The notes under the pieces were generated by a model that was not told the DNA's origin, did no database searches, and worked only from the letters and a program-made list of their open reading frames with translations. A program made the position numbers and the translations under genes. This document shows, one piece after another, positions 1 through 11,090 of a DNA stretch of 64,000 nt; the stretch's first letter is position 1, and each line of letters begins with the position of its first letter. Source of the DNA: Squalus acanthias (taxonomy: Eukaryota); NCBI GenBank assembly GCA_030390025.1, contig CM059433.1, positions 5,704,001 to 5,768,000 on the forward strand, written 5' to 3'.

Positions 1-2405
1 ACCTGCAGCGATGTCCTGGGGCTGAGATGATTGGCCTCCAACAACCACAGCCATCTTCCTTTGTGCTAGGTATGACTCCAGCCAGTGGAGACTTTTCCCC
101 CCAGTTCCCATTGACTTCAATTTTACTAGGGCTTCTTGATACCACATTCGGACAAATGCTGCCTTGATGTCAAGGGCAGTCACTCTCAACTCACTTCTGG
201 AATTCAGCTCTTTTGTCCATGTTTGGACCAAGGCTGTACTGAGGTCTGGAGCTGAGTGGTCCTGGCAGAACACAAACTAAGCATCGGTGAGCAGGTTATT
301 GGTGAGTAAGTGCCGTTTGATAGCACTGCCGACGACACCTTCCATCACTTTGCTGATGATTGAGCGTAGACTGATGGGGCGGTAATTGGCCAGATTGGAT
401 TTGTCCTGCATTTTGTGGACAGGACATACCTGGGCAATTTTCCACTTTGTCGAATAGTGCTGTAGCTGTACTGGAACAGCTTGGCTGGAGGCATGGTTTG
501 TTCTGGAGCACATGTCTTCAGCATTACAGCCAGGATGTTGTCAGGGCCCATAGCATTTGTTGTATCTAATGCGCTCAGCGGTTTCTTGATATCACATGGA
601 GTGAATTGAATTGGCTGAAGACTGGCTTCTGTGATGGTGGGGACTTCAGGGGGAGGCCGATATGGATCATCCACCTGGCACTTCTGGCTGAAGATGGTTG
701 CAAACACTTCTGCCTTGTCTTTTGAACTCACGTGCTGGGCTCCGCTATCATTGAGGATGGAGATGTTCATGGAGCCTCTTCCTCCCGTTAGTTGTTTAAT
801 TGTCCACCACCATTCATGACTGGATGTGGCAGGACTGCAGAGCTTTGATCTGATCCATTGGTTGTGGGATTACTTAGCTCTTTCTATAGCATGCTGCTTT
901 CGCTGTTTAGCATGCGTGTATCCTGTGTTGCAGCTTCCCCAGGTTGGCACCTCATTTTTAGGTACACCTGGTGCTGCTCCTGGCATACTCTTCTACATTT
1001 CTCATTGAACCAGGGTTGGTCCCCTGGCTTGACGGTAATGGTCGAGTGAGGGATATGCCAGGGCATGAGGTCACAGATTGTGGTGGAATACAATTCTGCT
1101 GCTGCTGATGGCCCACAGCACCTTCATGGATGCCCAGTTTGAGCTGCTAGATCTGTTCTGAATCTATCCCATTTAGCACGGTGGTAGTGCCACACAACAC
1201 GATGGAGGGTGTCCTCAGTGTGAAGATGGGACTTCGTCTCCACAAGGACTGTGCAGTGGTCACTCCATGGACAGATACATCTGCAACAGGTAGACTGGTA
1301 AGGATGAGGTCAAGTAGGTTTTCCCCTCGTGTTGGTTCTCTCACCACCTGCTGCAGGCCCAGTCTGGCAGCTATGTCCTTCAGGAATCGGCCAACTCGGT
1401 CAGTAGTGGTGCTACCGAGCCACTCTTGGTGATGGACATTGAAGTCCCCCACCCAGAGTACATTCTGTGCCCTTGCTACCATTAGTGCTTCTTCCAAATG
1501 GTGTTCAACGTGGAGGAGTACTGATTCATCAGCTGAGGGAGGGGGGTAGGTGGTAATCAGCAGGAGGTTTCCTAGCCCATGTTTGACCTCATGCCATGAG
1601 ACTTCATGGGGTCCAGAGCCAATGTTGAGAACTCCCAGGGCCACTCCCCACTGTGTCAGCACCTCTATTGGGTCTGTCCTGCTGGTGGGACAGGACATAC
1701 CCAGGGATGGAGATGGAAGAGTCTGGAAGGTATGATTCTGTGAGTATGACTATGTCAGGCTGTTGCTTGACTAGTCTGTGGGACACTTCCAATTTTGACA
1801 CAAGTCCCCAGATGTTATTGAGAAGGACTTTGCAGGGTCGACTGGGCTGGGTGCGCCTTTGTCGTGTCCGGTGCCTAGGTCGATGCCGGGTGCTCCGTCC
1901 GGTTTTATTGTTAATATACTTCTTTGTCGAGGTTTAGTACAATTGAATGGCTTGCTCGGCCATTTCAGAGGGCAGTTAAGAGTCAACCACATTGCTGTGG
2001 GTCTGGAGTCACATATAGGCCAGACCAGGTAAGGACGGCAGATTTCCTTCTCTAAAGGGCATTAGTGAACCAGATGGGTTTTTACGACAATCCGGTAGTT
2101 TCATGATCACCATTATTGATACTAGCTTTTTATTCCAAATTGATTTAATTAACTGAATTTAAATTCCCCAGCTGCCGTGGTGGGATTTGAACTCATGTCT
2201 CCGGATCATTAGTCCAGGCCTCTGGATTACTAGCCCAGCAACATAAAAACGAATGACTTGCATTTCTATAGCACCTTTCACGACCTCAGGATGTCCCAAA
2301 GTGCTTTACAGCCAATGTGGGAAACGTGGCAGCCAATTGCGCACAGCAAGCTCCCACAAACACCAATGTGAGAATGACCAGATAACCACTATGCTACCGT
2401 ACCCC
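1..2405 (-). mobile_element. Degenerate single-ORF CR1-group LINE: APE endonuclease plus N-terminal RT, with a tRNA-like 5' head; runs off the window start
   Basis: Minus-strand fragments give APE motifs (QPDIVILTESYL, VLWVGDFNVHHQEWLGS, RGENLLDLILT) and RT-proximal motifs (KAMGPDNI-like, NYRPISLRSIISKVME), broken by frameshifts. The head has an A box TAGCATAGTGG (2386-2396) and a B box GAGTTCAAATCCC (2182-2194). Confidence 0.88.
2247..2385 (-). mobile_element. 3' fragment of a Deu-domain tRNA SINE inserted into the LINE head
   Basis: Matches the 3' part of the SINE at 11847-12296 (gacttgcattt...cacagcaagctcccacaaac...atgaccagataa). ATAA is present at both junctions. Confidence 0.8.
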
Positions 2406-2423
2406 TACTGTAGCTGTGTACTA

Positions 2424-2443
2424 TACACACACACACACACACA
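2424..2443. repeat. (CA)n microsatellite
   Basis: acacacacacacacacacac run seen directly. Confidence 0.9.
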
Positions 2444-3163
2444 TTAAAAACTAACTCACATTGGCATCTTCAGCATTTGAGGTTTAGTTGCAACAGCCAG
2501 CTCTTCTCTGAAGCTCACAAGCATTTCTATAAATCGGATTATTGCAGAGCTAACAGGACCAGCGGTGTTTATATCCGATGCCTTTGAACCGCTCTACATT
2601 GGCCATTATACAGTAACAGCTGGAAGAAACACCGCATGTCCTTCAAAGTCATTAAACGACAGATTTTAATGTCTGCAGTGCATTCTGCATGAAATGTTGT
2701 ACTTTTTAGATTTGTTCAAACGCACTTTAGCGCACACATCACATCAATGAGATTTTCTCGGAGAACAACTTGCAGCGACATCAGAGACCTGGGAGCCCCT
2801 CCATCCCTGTCCCCCTGCAGATTATTAATTCTACAATTTACTCACGTTTCTTACCGAGAAACTATTTTTCCTTTTCTCTCACAACAATCTGCAGCACAGC
2901 AGTAAAAACAGAGGTTGCTACTTGCCTGCGAAGCCTGTGATGGGTAAAGGCAGGAGAGTACCAGGTACAGAAAAAGGCTGTACTGAATCCCAGGAACCAT
3001 ATCGCCTCTGCTCCTTTACTCTTAGGGAATGCCTTCAAGATCTGCACGTGTGTGGGGGTTTTTCTCTCCCCCCCCACCCCCCCACCCCCCCCTACACCGG
3101 GAAAACTCCAAGCTTTCGCTGGCAGGACCATTCACATTGGGCTCATTGTGGAGTCAGTTGGTT

Positions 3164-3337
3164 TCACTCCCTGGACAGGATGACGGCAGGTGGGAGTTCA
3201 GCAAAGTCTTTCAAGGGAGCTTCTTTTCCAGACTCGACTGAATCCACATACTCAGGTTTGTTCCCTTGCTGCGGGACGGGAGTTGATCTCCACTGGACTG
3301 TGTGGTCAGGGTGAAGGATTGCTTTGGTCTCAGGTTC
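3164..3337 (-). CDS. Candidate terminal coding exon of an unidentified gene (57 aa + stop)
   Basis: Unique sequence. The minus strand reads ...attctgacAG|GAACCTGAG and stays open as EPETKAILHPDHTVQWRSTPVPQQGNKPEYVDSVESGKEAPLKDFAELPPAVILSRE*, with an in-frame stop just upstream of the acceptor. The polypyrimidine tract is weak and I do not recognise the peptide. Confidence 0.3.
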   Translation of the reverse strand, partial: EPETKAILHPDHTVQWRSTPVPQQGNKPEYVDSVESGKEAPLKDFAELPPAVILSRE

Positions 3338-3889
3338 CTGTCAGAATGATATTGTCCCGCCCCTTTAAGGAGCTGGAGGGCTGGTGGAATTTAGACAAAA
3401 AAAAATTGCTTCAACTTTACAGCTATTATTATCTTAAGGTAGCAAATCGCGCTTTAAACAATGACCTTCCTTGATTATACACGTTAGTGACAAGGGCTAC
3501 ATCATAGCAACAACAAAATAAGTATGTTGTCAAATAAGGACTGATTTACAACTGGTTTATATGTGCACACATACATGTAAATGTGAAAACAGAATATTGT
3601 AAGGGTTCTATGTACACTGTGGATTTATACAACGAACGATTTATGTTGCTTTCAGATTTCAAAATTGAGCCCCACAGACTGAGAATGTTAACAATAAAAG
3701 TTTACATTAACTGCATTCGTGCTTTTAAAACATTATCAAAATGGTCAGTGATAAGGTATCTTTTTAGTCTCAACAGGGATTAGAAAAATATTTTGACGTG
3801 AATCCTGTCAAATGGCAACATTTTCCCTGCTTATCTTTTAAATTCCAATTACTATGCACTTATAAGAAATATTAGATGTAGCAAAATAT

Positions 3890-4067
3890 ATGTAATGATA
3901 CAGCACCTTATCACATGCAAAGCGTTTGATGACCATTGGAACAATTTTCAAGTGCAGTTTCACACACAGCAAATGAGATGAAATGAACCTTTAAGCTGCT
4001 TTTGGTGTCTTTGGTCGAGGGGAAAAGGTTAGGACAGTGGGAGAATTCCCGGCTCTTTTCAAGTAAG
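3890..4067 (-). mobile_element. Old, degraded Deu-type SINE fragment
   Basis: Weak similarity to 11847-12070 (tacagcaccttatcac...acagcaaatgagatg...ttggtcgaggg...gagaattccc). Confidence 0.5.
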
Positions 4068-4115
4068 TTTAAATAAATCTGTTGGACTATAACCTGGTGT
4101 TGTGCGACTTCTCAT
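4068..4115 (+). mobile_element. 48-bp Penelope-like 3' end insertion with a 14-bp TSD
   Basis: Identical to 5853-5900. Flanked by TCTTTTCAAGTAAG at 4054-4067 and 4116-4129. Confidence 0.9.
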
Positions 4116-4669
4116 TCTTTTCAAGTAAGGATTAGGGGATAGGTGGGGTGCTGGGCGGGTGGATAGTCTGTTTCCGACTACTGCCCTGTTACAAAGCCTT
4201 AAATGTAGCGTGTGTGTTTTTTAAGTACCTATTGGGCATATGGATACATAATGAAATCACATTTCCCCTTCGTTTGAAACCGTTCTGCCAGGACTCCTGA
4301 ATCAACGTTGCAAAATACGTGTGATTCAATTGTCCCTTCGTGTCCATGAACATATCACCTGTATTGTATTGATTAAAGCAGTGATATTAGATTACTGCCT
4401 ATCAGATTTCTACTGTGAGTATCTGCTCTCTATATCCAGCTAAGAAAAAACCTTCCTGGGCTGTTTGATATGAAACGAATTCACCAGAAGGAGAGGAATG
4501 CTGCTGCTGCTAGTTTAACAGCCCAGAAAGGTTTTCTCTTTGCTGGATAGAGAGAGCAGATACTCACAATAGAAAGCTGATAGGCAGTAATCTAATATCA
4601 CTGCTTTAATTAATACAAAAATGAGAAGTCGCACAACACCAGGTTATAGTCCAACAGATTTATTTAAAA

Positions 4670-4711
4670 TTACAAGCTTTCGGAGCTATCGATCGCCCCT
4701 TCTTCAGGTAA
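4670..4711 (-). ncRNA. Minimal type I hammerhead ribozyme (inverted arm copy)
   Basis: Exact reverse complement of 5810-5851. Confidence 0.75.
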
Positions 4712-5809
4712 AGTTACAATGAGTGAATCTACAAAAGTTCACAGAATATAAACACAGAAAATGCAGAGATACAATCTTTCCTTACATCAAAGACACACCA
4801 AGAGCACAGCCAAGACAATGAGATGTGTCCCAGGGGGTCCAACGTGTCAAATCCTGCTGTCTGCATATCCTCTCCATATCCCTTCCTCTCTCTCCATCCT
4901 TTTTGGGTTTGTTTTTTGGGTTTATTTTTTTGTGTTTGTTTTTTAAAAACTGGAAAGGCAGACAACGATGTCAAGTCACGTTCTGTAGCATGACATGAAC
5001 CCGATATCCCTATTGAGGCCGTCCTCATGAGTGCGGAACTTGGCTATCAGTTTCTGCTCGATGATTTTGCGTTGTCGTGTGTCTCGAAGGCCGCCTTGGA
5101 GAACGCTAACCCACAGACCACCTGCCACGGCAACCTCTGCAAGACATGCCAGATCATGAACACAGATACCGTCATCACACGTGAGGACACTACCCACCAG
5201 GTACATGGTACATACTCATGTGACTCGGCCAACGTTGTCTACCTGATACGTTGCAGGAAAGGATGCCCCAGAGCATGGTACATCGGCGAGACCATGCAGA
5301 CACTGAAACAACGTATGAACGGACACCGCGCAACAATCGCCAGGCAGGATGATTGCCTCCCAGTCGGGGAACACTTCAGCAGTCAAGGGCATTCAGCCTC
5401 GGATCTGCGGGTTAGCGTTCTCCAAGGCGGCCTTCGAGACACACGACAACGCAAAATCATCGAGCAGAAACTGATAGCCAAGTTCCGCACTCATGCGGAC
5501 GGCCTCAATAGGGATATTGGGTTCATGTCACGCTACAGAACGTGACTCGACATCGTTGTCTGTCTTTCCAGTTTTTAAAAAACAAACACAAAAAAACAAA
5601 CACAAAAAACAAACCCAAAAAGGACGGAGAGAGAGGAAGGGATATGGAGAGGATATGCAGACAGCAGGATTTGACACGTTGGACCCCCTGGGACACATCT
5701 CATTGTCTTGGCTGTGCTCTTGGTATGTCTTTGATGTAAGGAAAGATTGTATCTCTGCATTTTCTGTGTTTATATTCTGTGAACTTTTGTAGATTCACTC
5801 ATTGTAACT

Positions 5810-5851
5810 TTACCTGAAGAAGGGGCGATCGATAGCTCCGAAAGCTTGTAA
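5810..5851 (+). ncRNA. Minimal type I hammerhead ribozyme in the PLE pLTR
   Basis: TTAC-CTGAAGA-A-GGGGC-gatcgata-GCTCC-GAAA-GC-TT-GTAA. This gives a CUGANGA core, a 5-bp stem II, GAAA, a palindromic AGCU in place of stem III, and stem I TTAC/GTAA. Confidence 0.75.
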
Positions 5852-6499
5852 TTTTAAATAAATCTGTTGGACTATAACCTGGTGTTGTGCGACTTCTCAT
5901 TTTTGTCCACCCCAGTCCAACGCCGGCATCTCCGCATCATGACCACTTAATTAATACAATACAGGTGATATTTTCATTTTCCAGGAATGCGCACTTGAAT
6001 TGACACCCATCTATGATATATATATTAAAAAGTGTACATTTATATGTGATTTCTGTTTGTAAAACCTTACTTCCTATTGTGACATTTTTGTCATACTTTT
6101 ATGTCAACTTGTTCCCATTATAATTACTATGCCCACATTTGCTTATGTAAACATGTCACACTGTAATGACACCCTCCTGACAATGGTGGCGCTGTAGAGC
6201 CTCAGTTTTCCAGCTCCCTGCTCCTCAGCCAACTCCTATGTCCCAGGCAACTGTACTTCACTCCTTCCCAAACTACCACTGCTTTTGCTGTTTAAAAATC
6301 AAAATATTAGATACAATTAAGAACAGAATGTATGACTTTAAAACGAGGATGATGTCTGCCCACTGTGGTCCAGTTATCACCTGCTCTCTAACCCCACTTC
6401 ACTTGAAGACTACGCCTAATCTTGACTCCCCATGTGCAATGCCACCGGTGGTCGACTAGTATAATAGCTGAAAAAATGCCAAGGGTTTTTTCATATCCT

Positions 6500-6860
6500 C
6501 CATTTATATAGCACCTTATCACGTCTCTCAGAAATACCTCAACACTTCACAAACAATGGATTACTTTGGCAGGCAGCGAACCTATGCACACAGGAAGATC
6601 CCAAAAACAGCAGTGAGATGAATGACCAGTTAATCAGGCTGTGGTGGTGTTGGTTGAGGGAGGAATACTGGCCAGGTCACTGGAATAGCTCCCTTCTTGG
6701 CTTACAATACGGGAGCTTTTAACATTCACGCAGAAGGCAGGATGGACATCAGTTTTAATGCCTATTCGGAGGGCAGGGAGATCACTTCAGGAGTGGATCA
6801 CCATTCATAACAGCGGCGAAGCTGGATGGAGGAATTCCAGCCCCACAATCTTTTTTTGCT
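6500..6860 (-). mobile_element. Old Deu-type SINE copy
   Basis: Collinear, diverged similarity to 11847-12250 (catttatatagcacctt...gatcccaaaaacagcagtgagatgaatgaccag...gttggttgaggga). Confidence 0.65.
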
Positions 6861-6881
6861 CAAAGGTACCCTAAAATGCTT

Positions 6882-7560
6882 TGTAAAACTGATTATCCTA
6901 GTGCTGTACGTGTGTGGATTGAGACGGTGGTGGTGGGGTGGTGGGGGCTGCCTCATTGTCCACATGAAGCAGGACCCACCTAAGGTCCAGATTGATTGAA
7001 GTTAGGCTACCCATTAATGGCTCATCGTGAGTGGGTGGAGTGACTGTCCAGACACTGAGAGAAGGTGGGTGACCCAGGGCTAATTGGACACAAAGAGGAG
7101 GTTAGCTTGAAGGCTGGGTTGCAGTCTAGCCAAATGTGATGGCTAGCAGTGCCCTCTGCTGGTTGTTATCTGGAAGGACTCCACAATAAATAATCGACTT
7201 CAGAAACACAGCTGGTGAGCGTCCTCTGTCGGACAAGAGGAAGTGGCGACAAGGTTCTGGCTTAAAGGGGCAGGCATGGACATAAGATTGACAGATTCAA
7301 AACTGTTCTGTGGTGAGATCCTACACTGTTTCTTTTGTGAACATCCAAGCTAATGGGAATCAGCAACATATTTCAAAAATCAACAGGGGTGTTTAGAGAG
7401 AGGGTGGCTTGGTTCCCCAGTGACTGTAGCTCCAGATTGTACTGATGTGTTTGTCGAACTGAAATTCTTCAGGTTGGAGGTTTCTCCAGCCCGAGAAATG
7501 GACGGACTAATGGATGATACACAGAAGAATGGAGAGAGAGTGGAGGAACTGAGGAAAAGG
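6882..7560 (+). mobile_element. Possible degenerate LTR with PBS-like motif and leader
   Basis: Starts TGTAA, has AATAAA at ~7185 and TGGCGAC at ~7244, followed by purine-rich gag-like sequence. No second LTR or TSD was seen. Confidence 0.25.
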
Positions 7561-7621
7561 TTAGTGCTGGAATCAGGATTGCAGAGATTGAGAACTCAGT
7601 TACTCATCAACCTGAAACATT

Positions 7622-8285
7622 GGCCCCCGATCTTTACTGGGGTGAGATTTCAAAACAGGAGGGAGGAGTTCTGGTTGGGCGTGGGTTTTTTTTCAACATC
7701 ATTCGCACCCGGAAGCCAGCCTGATTGACAGTGGGGGTGGGGCGGGGGGGGGAAGGCTGCAGAAAAAGCAGCAGCCCAGGAACAGGGATAGAGATCGCAG
7801 GGGGTGGTGGTGGGGTGGGTACAGCGTGGCTTCGAGGGTCGGGGTGTTGGCGAGAGATTGGGGCAGAGATGAGGGCATCGGGAAGGCCGGTGATCACCGG
7901 GGGATCAGTGATCGTGGTGGGGGGGTGGGAGGGGGGATCTGATTGTGGGGGGGTCCGATTGCATGGGGGCAGGTTAGCTTGGGGGCTGGGGGGAAGCACA
8001 CTTGCTCCTCCTGGCACTTGCAGCCTGTTCCTGTTCCATGCAGCAGTCCTCCCTTTAGCACCCGGGGAAACCCGGCCAGCCAGCGTTAAAGCTGGACGAG
8101 AGATCAAATCTGAGACACACACCCTCATTAAAATATTTAAATCAGCAACCTGCCTCCTGGGAGCGGGTTGGTTGCCCGTCCCCCGTCCCACCACCGTTAA
8201 CACTGGAAGTGGGCGGGCTCGAGGCGGGTTTGACAATTTTTAAATTTTCACATCCCACCCGTTTTGCGGGGTTAGAATTACCCCC
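7622..8285. mobile_element. GC/G-rich non-autonomous DNA transposon (Harbinger-like MITE, possibly chimeric ends)
   Basis: Sharp G-rich block starting GGCCCCCGATCTT and ending AGAATTACCCCC. It interrupts a short repeat tail (catcaacctgaaacat | agatgctgcctgacctgctgag). The two ends match only poorly. Confidence 0.45.
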
Positions 8286-8469
8286 AAAGATGCTGCCTGA
8301 CCTGCTGAGTGCATCCAGCATTTTCTGTTTTTATTTCTGATTTCCAGCAACCGCAGTATTTGGCTTTTGACTCACTTGCTTACTTGATGTAGCACGGGAA
8401 TACACAGCTAATAAACTGCCAACACCTGACAACTTACGTGCAAGATCCTTGATCAGAACCAAGTAAAAT

Positions 8470-8850
8470 TGGTTCCACATCCCCAATGGCCTAGTGAGTC
8501 TATGCCGACTGGGACAGGCCCAGGCCCAGGCCCAATCCCCGTCTGTGCGGAGTTAGCTGGCGTCCAACTGGACAGCGGTAACAGGGCTACAGTACCTCTG
8601 GGATCGGAAATGGGAAATCAGCCAGGGTTCCCCACTGCTGATTGCTATCCGGCAAACTCTGCTGGAAGCGGACCTGTGTAGATGTTAGGAAAGGAGATGA
8701 TTGGGCTCCGCCGTGATGCCCCTTGTGGTCAAATAGCCTACCAACACTAACTGTCAAAGCTCACACACGATTAATGGGTAAGGTACCAGGGAGGGACCAG
8801 CACTCAAAGAACTAAAGTCAATGCCTTTAAGAGGAGTGGGAAGAAAAAGA
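8470..8850 (+). mobile_element. Ancient tRNA-derived SINE (AmnSINE2-like, from memory)
   Basis: Core ggaaatcagccagggttccc...ctgattgctatcc...ctgctggaag...gtgatgcccc...aatagcctaccaacact, followed by an A-rich tail at ~8840-8853. Family assignment is from recollection only. Confidence 0.5.
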
Positions 8851-9647
8851 AAATTGTTCTAATTTTCATCCAGTAAAAATGAACGCACCAGAGGACTGAC
8901 AGTTCCACATGGCTAATGCAACTTATATCTTTAAGAAACAAATTGTCTACTATTTAGCAGTTTTGATTTAATGAAATCTTTACCTTTTTTTAATAAATTG
9001 ATGGTGTCCTGTATTTATTCTTAATTCTTCACACGGTCTAATTCAAATCATTAACAATGCTTTTTTTCCCGGCTTTTTGAATTTGACAGGTCGCCCACCA
9101 GTTTCCCGCAGTGCCTAGACCTTGTCTTTGAAGCTGAGGCAGGAGGTCATTGGCCATTGAATCAGATGTTGAGTTGACAGCTTCAGATGTCAAGTCAAAG
9201 CTCCCCACTGATTGAGAAATGTTCCCTTAACCACTAGTTTCTCTAAACTGCATTTCCACTACAGATTCACAAGTCTCCATCCAGTCTGACCTCATTACCT
9301 CTCCCACCATTGACAGATCGCTTCTGTCATCTCTATTTCACCTGCCATCTATTCCATCAGCATGGGTGTACTTTATATTGTCTCACCTTGGTCCTCAGAA
9401 TCTGACCACGATCAGCCCCAACACCAGCATCACCAGGCACACCAGCAATCACACCAACCTTCTCCGCAATCACCTGATGCTGCACAGGACAGAGGGCATC
9501 AGCACCCGACCACATTTCTGCCTGGGACGCCAGGGATGGCCTCAACAGTGCCACATTTCACGCTGCACACCCTGGCTGCCACATGATGTGCCAGGTTGGC
9601 ACCATCCCACACCAACAACATAATGCAATCCCTACAATGTCCAAGCC

Positions 9648-10432
9648 AAAGAAAAGCAGAGTATTTTTTGAATGGTGAGAGATTGGGAAATATTGGTATT
9701 CAGAGGGACCTGGGTGTCCTTGTACATGAATCACTGAAAGTTAACATGCAGGTACAACAGCAAGCAATTAGGAAAGCAAATGGTATGTTGGCCTTTATTA
9801 CAAGAGGATTTGAGAATAAGAGTAAAGACGTCTTACTGCAATTATATAGGGCCCTGGTGAGACCAAACCTGGAATATTGTGTACAGTTTTGGCCTCCTTA
9901 CCTAAGGAAGGATATACTTGCCATAGAGGGAGTGCAATGAAGGTTCACCAGACTGGTTCCTGGGATGGGGGATTGTCCTATGAGGACAGATTGAGTAGAC
10001 TAGGCCTATATTCTCTAGAGTTTAGAAGACTGAGAGGTGATCTCATTGAAACATACAAAATTCTTACAGGGCTTGACAGGGTAGATGCAGGGAGGATGTT
10101 TCCTCTGGCTGGGGAGTTTAGAACCAGGGGTCACAGTCTCAGAGTATGGTGTCGGCCATTTAGGACAGAGATGAGGAGAAATTTCTTCACTCAGAGGGTG
10201 GTGAATCTTTGGAATTCTCTACCCCAGAGGGCTGTGGAGGCTCAGACGTTGAGTATATTCAAGACAGAGATCGATAGATTTTTGAATATTAAGGAAATCA
10301 AGGGATATGGGGATAGTGCAGGAAAGTGGTGATGAGGTAGAAGATCAGCCATGATCTTATTGAATGGCGGAGCAAGCTGAAAGGGCCGAATTGCTTACTC
10401 CTGCTCCTATTTCTGATGTTCTTATGTTCTTA
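9648..10432 (+). mobile_element. 5'-truncated CR1 LINE (RT C-terminus plus 3' UTR)
   Basis: QRDLGVLVHESLK...LYRALVRPNLEYCVQFW...RLRGDLIETYKIL...FFTQRVVNLWNSLP. Tail gttcttatgttctta. Confidence 0.95.
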
Positions 10433-10799
10433 TTCCTGTCACACTCATCACCATTGCGGGGGGTACCGTTATGTCTCACCATTCACTGCAACTCACTAAG
10501 CCACTTCCAAAGGTGCGCACAAATCTGTCCAAGAACGAAAAGTGTTGAAAATAAAGATTTCAATGTTTGACGGCACATTAACAGAAACTTCACATGAACA
10601 TTGGCTCAAACACACAAGTGCCTACCCTTGTGTGTTGTTAGTTAGTATGATTGGACTAGGATGAGGGTGAGTGTGAGGGGTGGCTAGTGAGATGGGGATG
10701 TGATAATATAGATAGAGAGGGATGGGTGGAGTTGCAAGGTAAGTTGGTGTGCGTAAGGATGTGCAGGAGTTGGGTAGGGAAGGCAGAGTGATGGGGATG

Positions 10800-11090
10800 T
10801 AATGAGTGGCACAGCAGGATGAGGTTGAGTGTGGCTTTGCAGTAACGATTCGTGATCTACTGAGATCATTGAAAGGTTTGTGCCACTGCAGCCTGGTCCT
10901 CCTGATGATGCTCCTGCTTGTGTCCTCCTGTGCAATGTGCAACCAGGCTGCGTTGGTCTCCTGGGGAGGTCTCTTCCGCCCATTGGAAGGGAAGAGAACC
11001 TCCCTGCGTGCTGTGACTCCCTCCATAAGCATATGGAGGGAGTCATGGAAGAGCCTGGGTGCAGCCGTGCACCTCTGTGCAGTGCTTGTC
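10800..11090 (-). pseudogene. Myb/SANT-like (trihelix) DNA-binding domain remnant, Harbinger second gene; second copy at 13596-13886
   Basis: APRLFHDSLHMLMEGVTARREVLFPSNGRKRPPQETNAAWLHIAQEDTSRSIIRRTRLQWHKPFNDLSRS fits the pattern F..L..LF...W..IA.....RT..Q..K.F.DL. Confidence 0.75.

Larger units (their letters stand above)
4619..5946 (+). mobile_element. 5'-truncated Penelope-like element with an inverted pLTR copy; GIY-YIG endonuclease C-terminus
   Basis: ORF 5027-5545 has CxxxxCxxC, NVVYLIRC..C...YIGET...LKQRMNGHR, PVGEHF and GLN motifs typical of the PLE GIY-YIG domain. 4619-5117 is the reverse complement of ~5404-5903. 13-bp TSD TTAATTAATACAA at 4606-4618 and 5947-5959. Confidence 0.93.
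4346..5977. mobile_element. Foldback/MITE-like element with ~120-bp inverted arms, split by the Penelope insertion
   Basis: 4346-4466 is the imperfect reverse complement of 4515-4618 plus 5960-5977 (atatcacctgtattgtatt...gcagtgatattagattactgcctatcag / ctgataggcagtaatctaatatcactgc...atacaatacaggtgatat). Confidence 0.8.

Noticed and set aside
5027..5117. N-terminus of the 172-aa GIY-YIG ORF as real protein sequence
   Set aside because: These codons come from the inverted arm; true PLE coding sequence starts at ~5118.
7634..8243. 200-aa Pro-rich and 172-aa Gly-rich overlapping ORFs
   Set aside because: Low-complexity products of a G-rich MITE interior in which stop codons are scarce.
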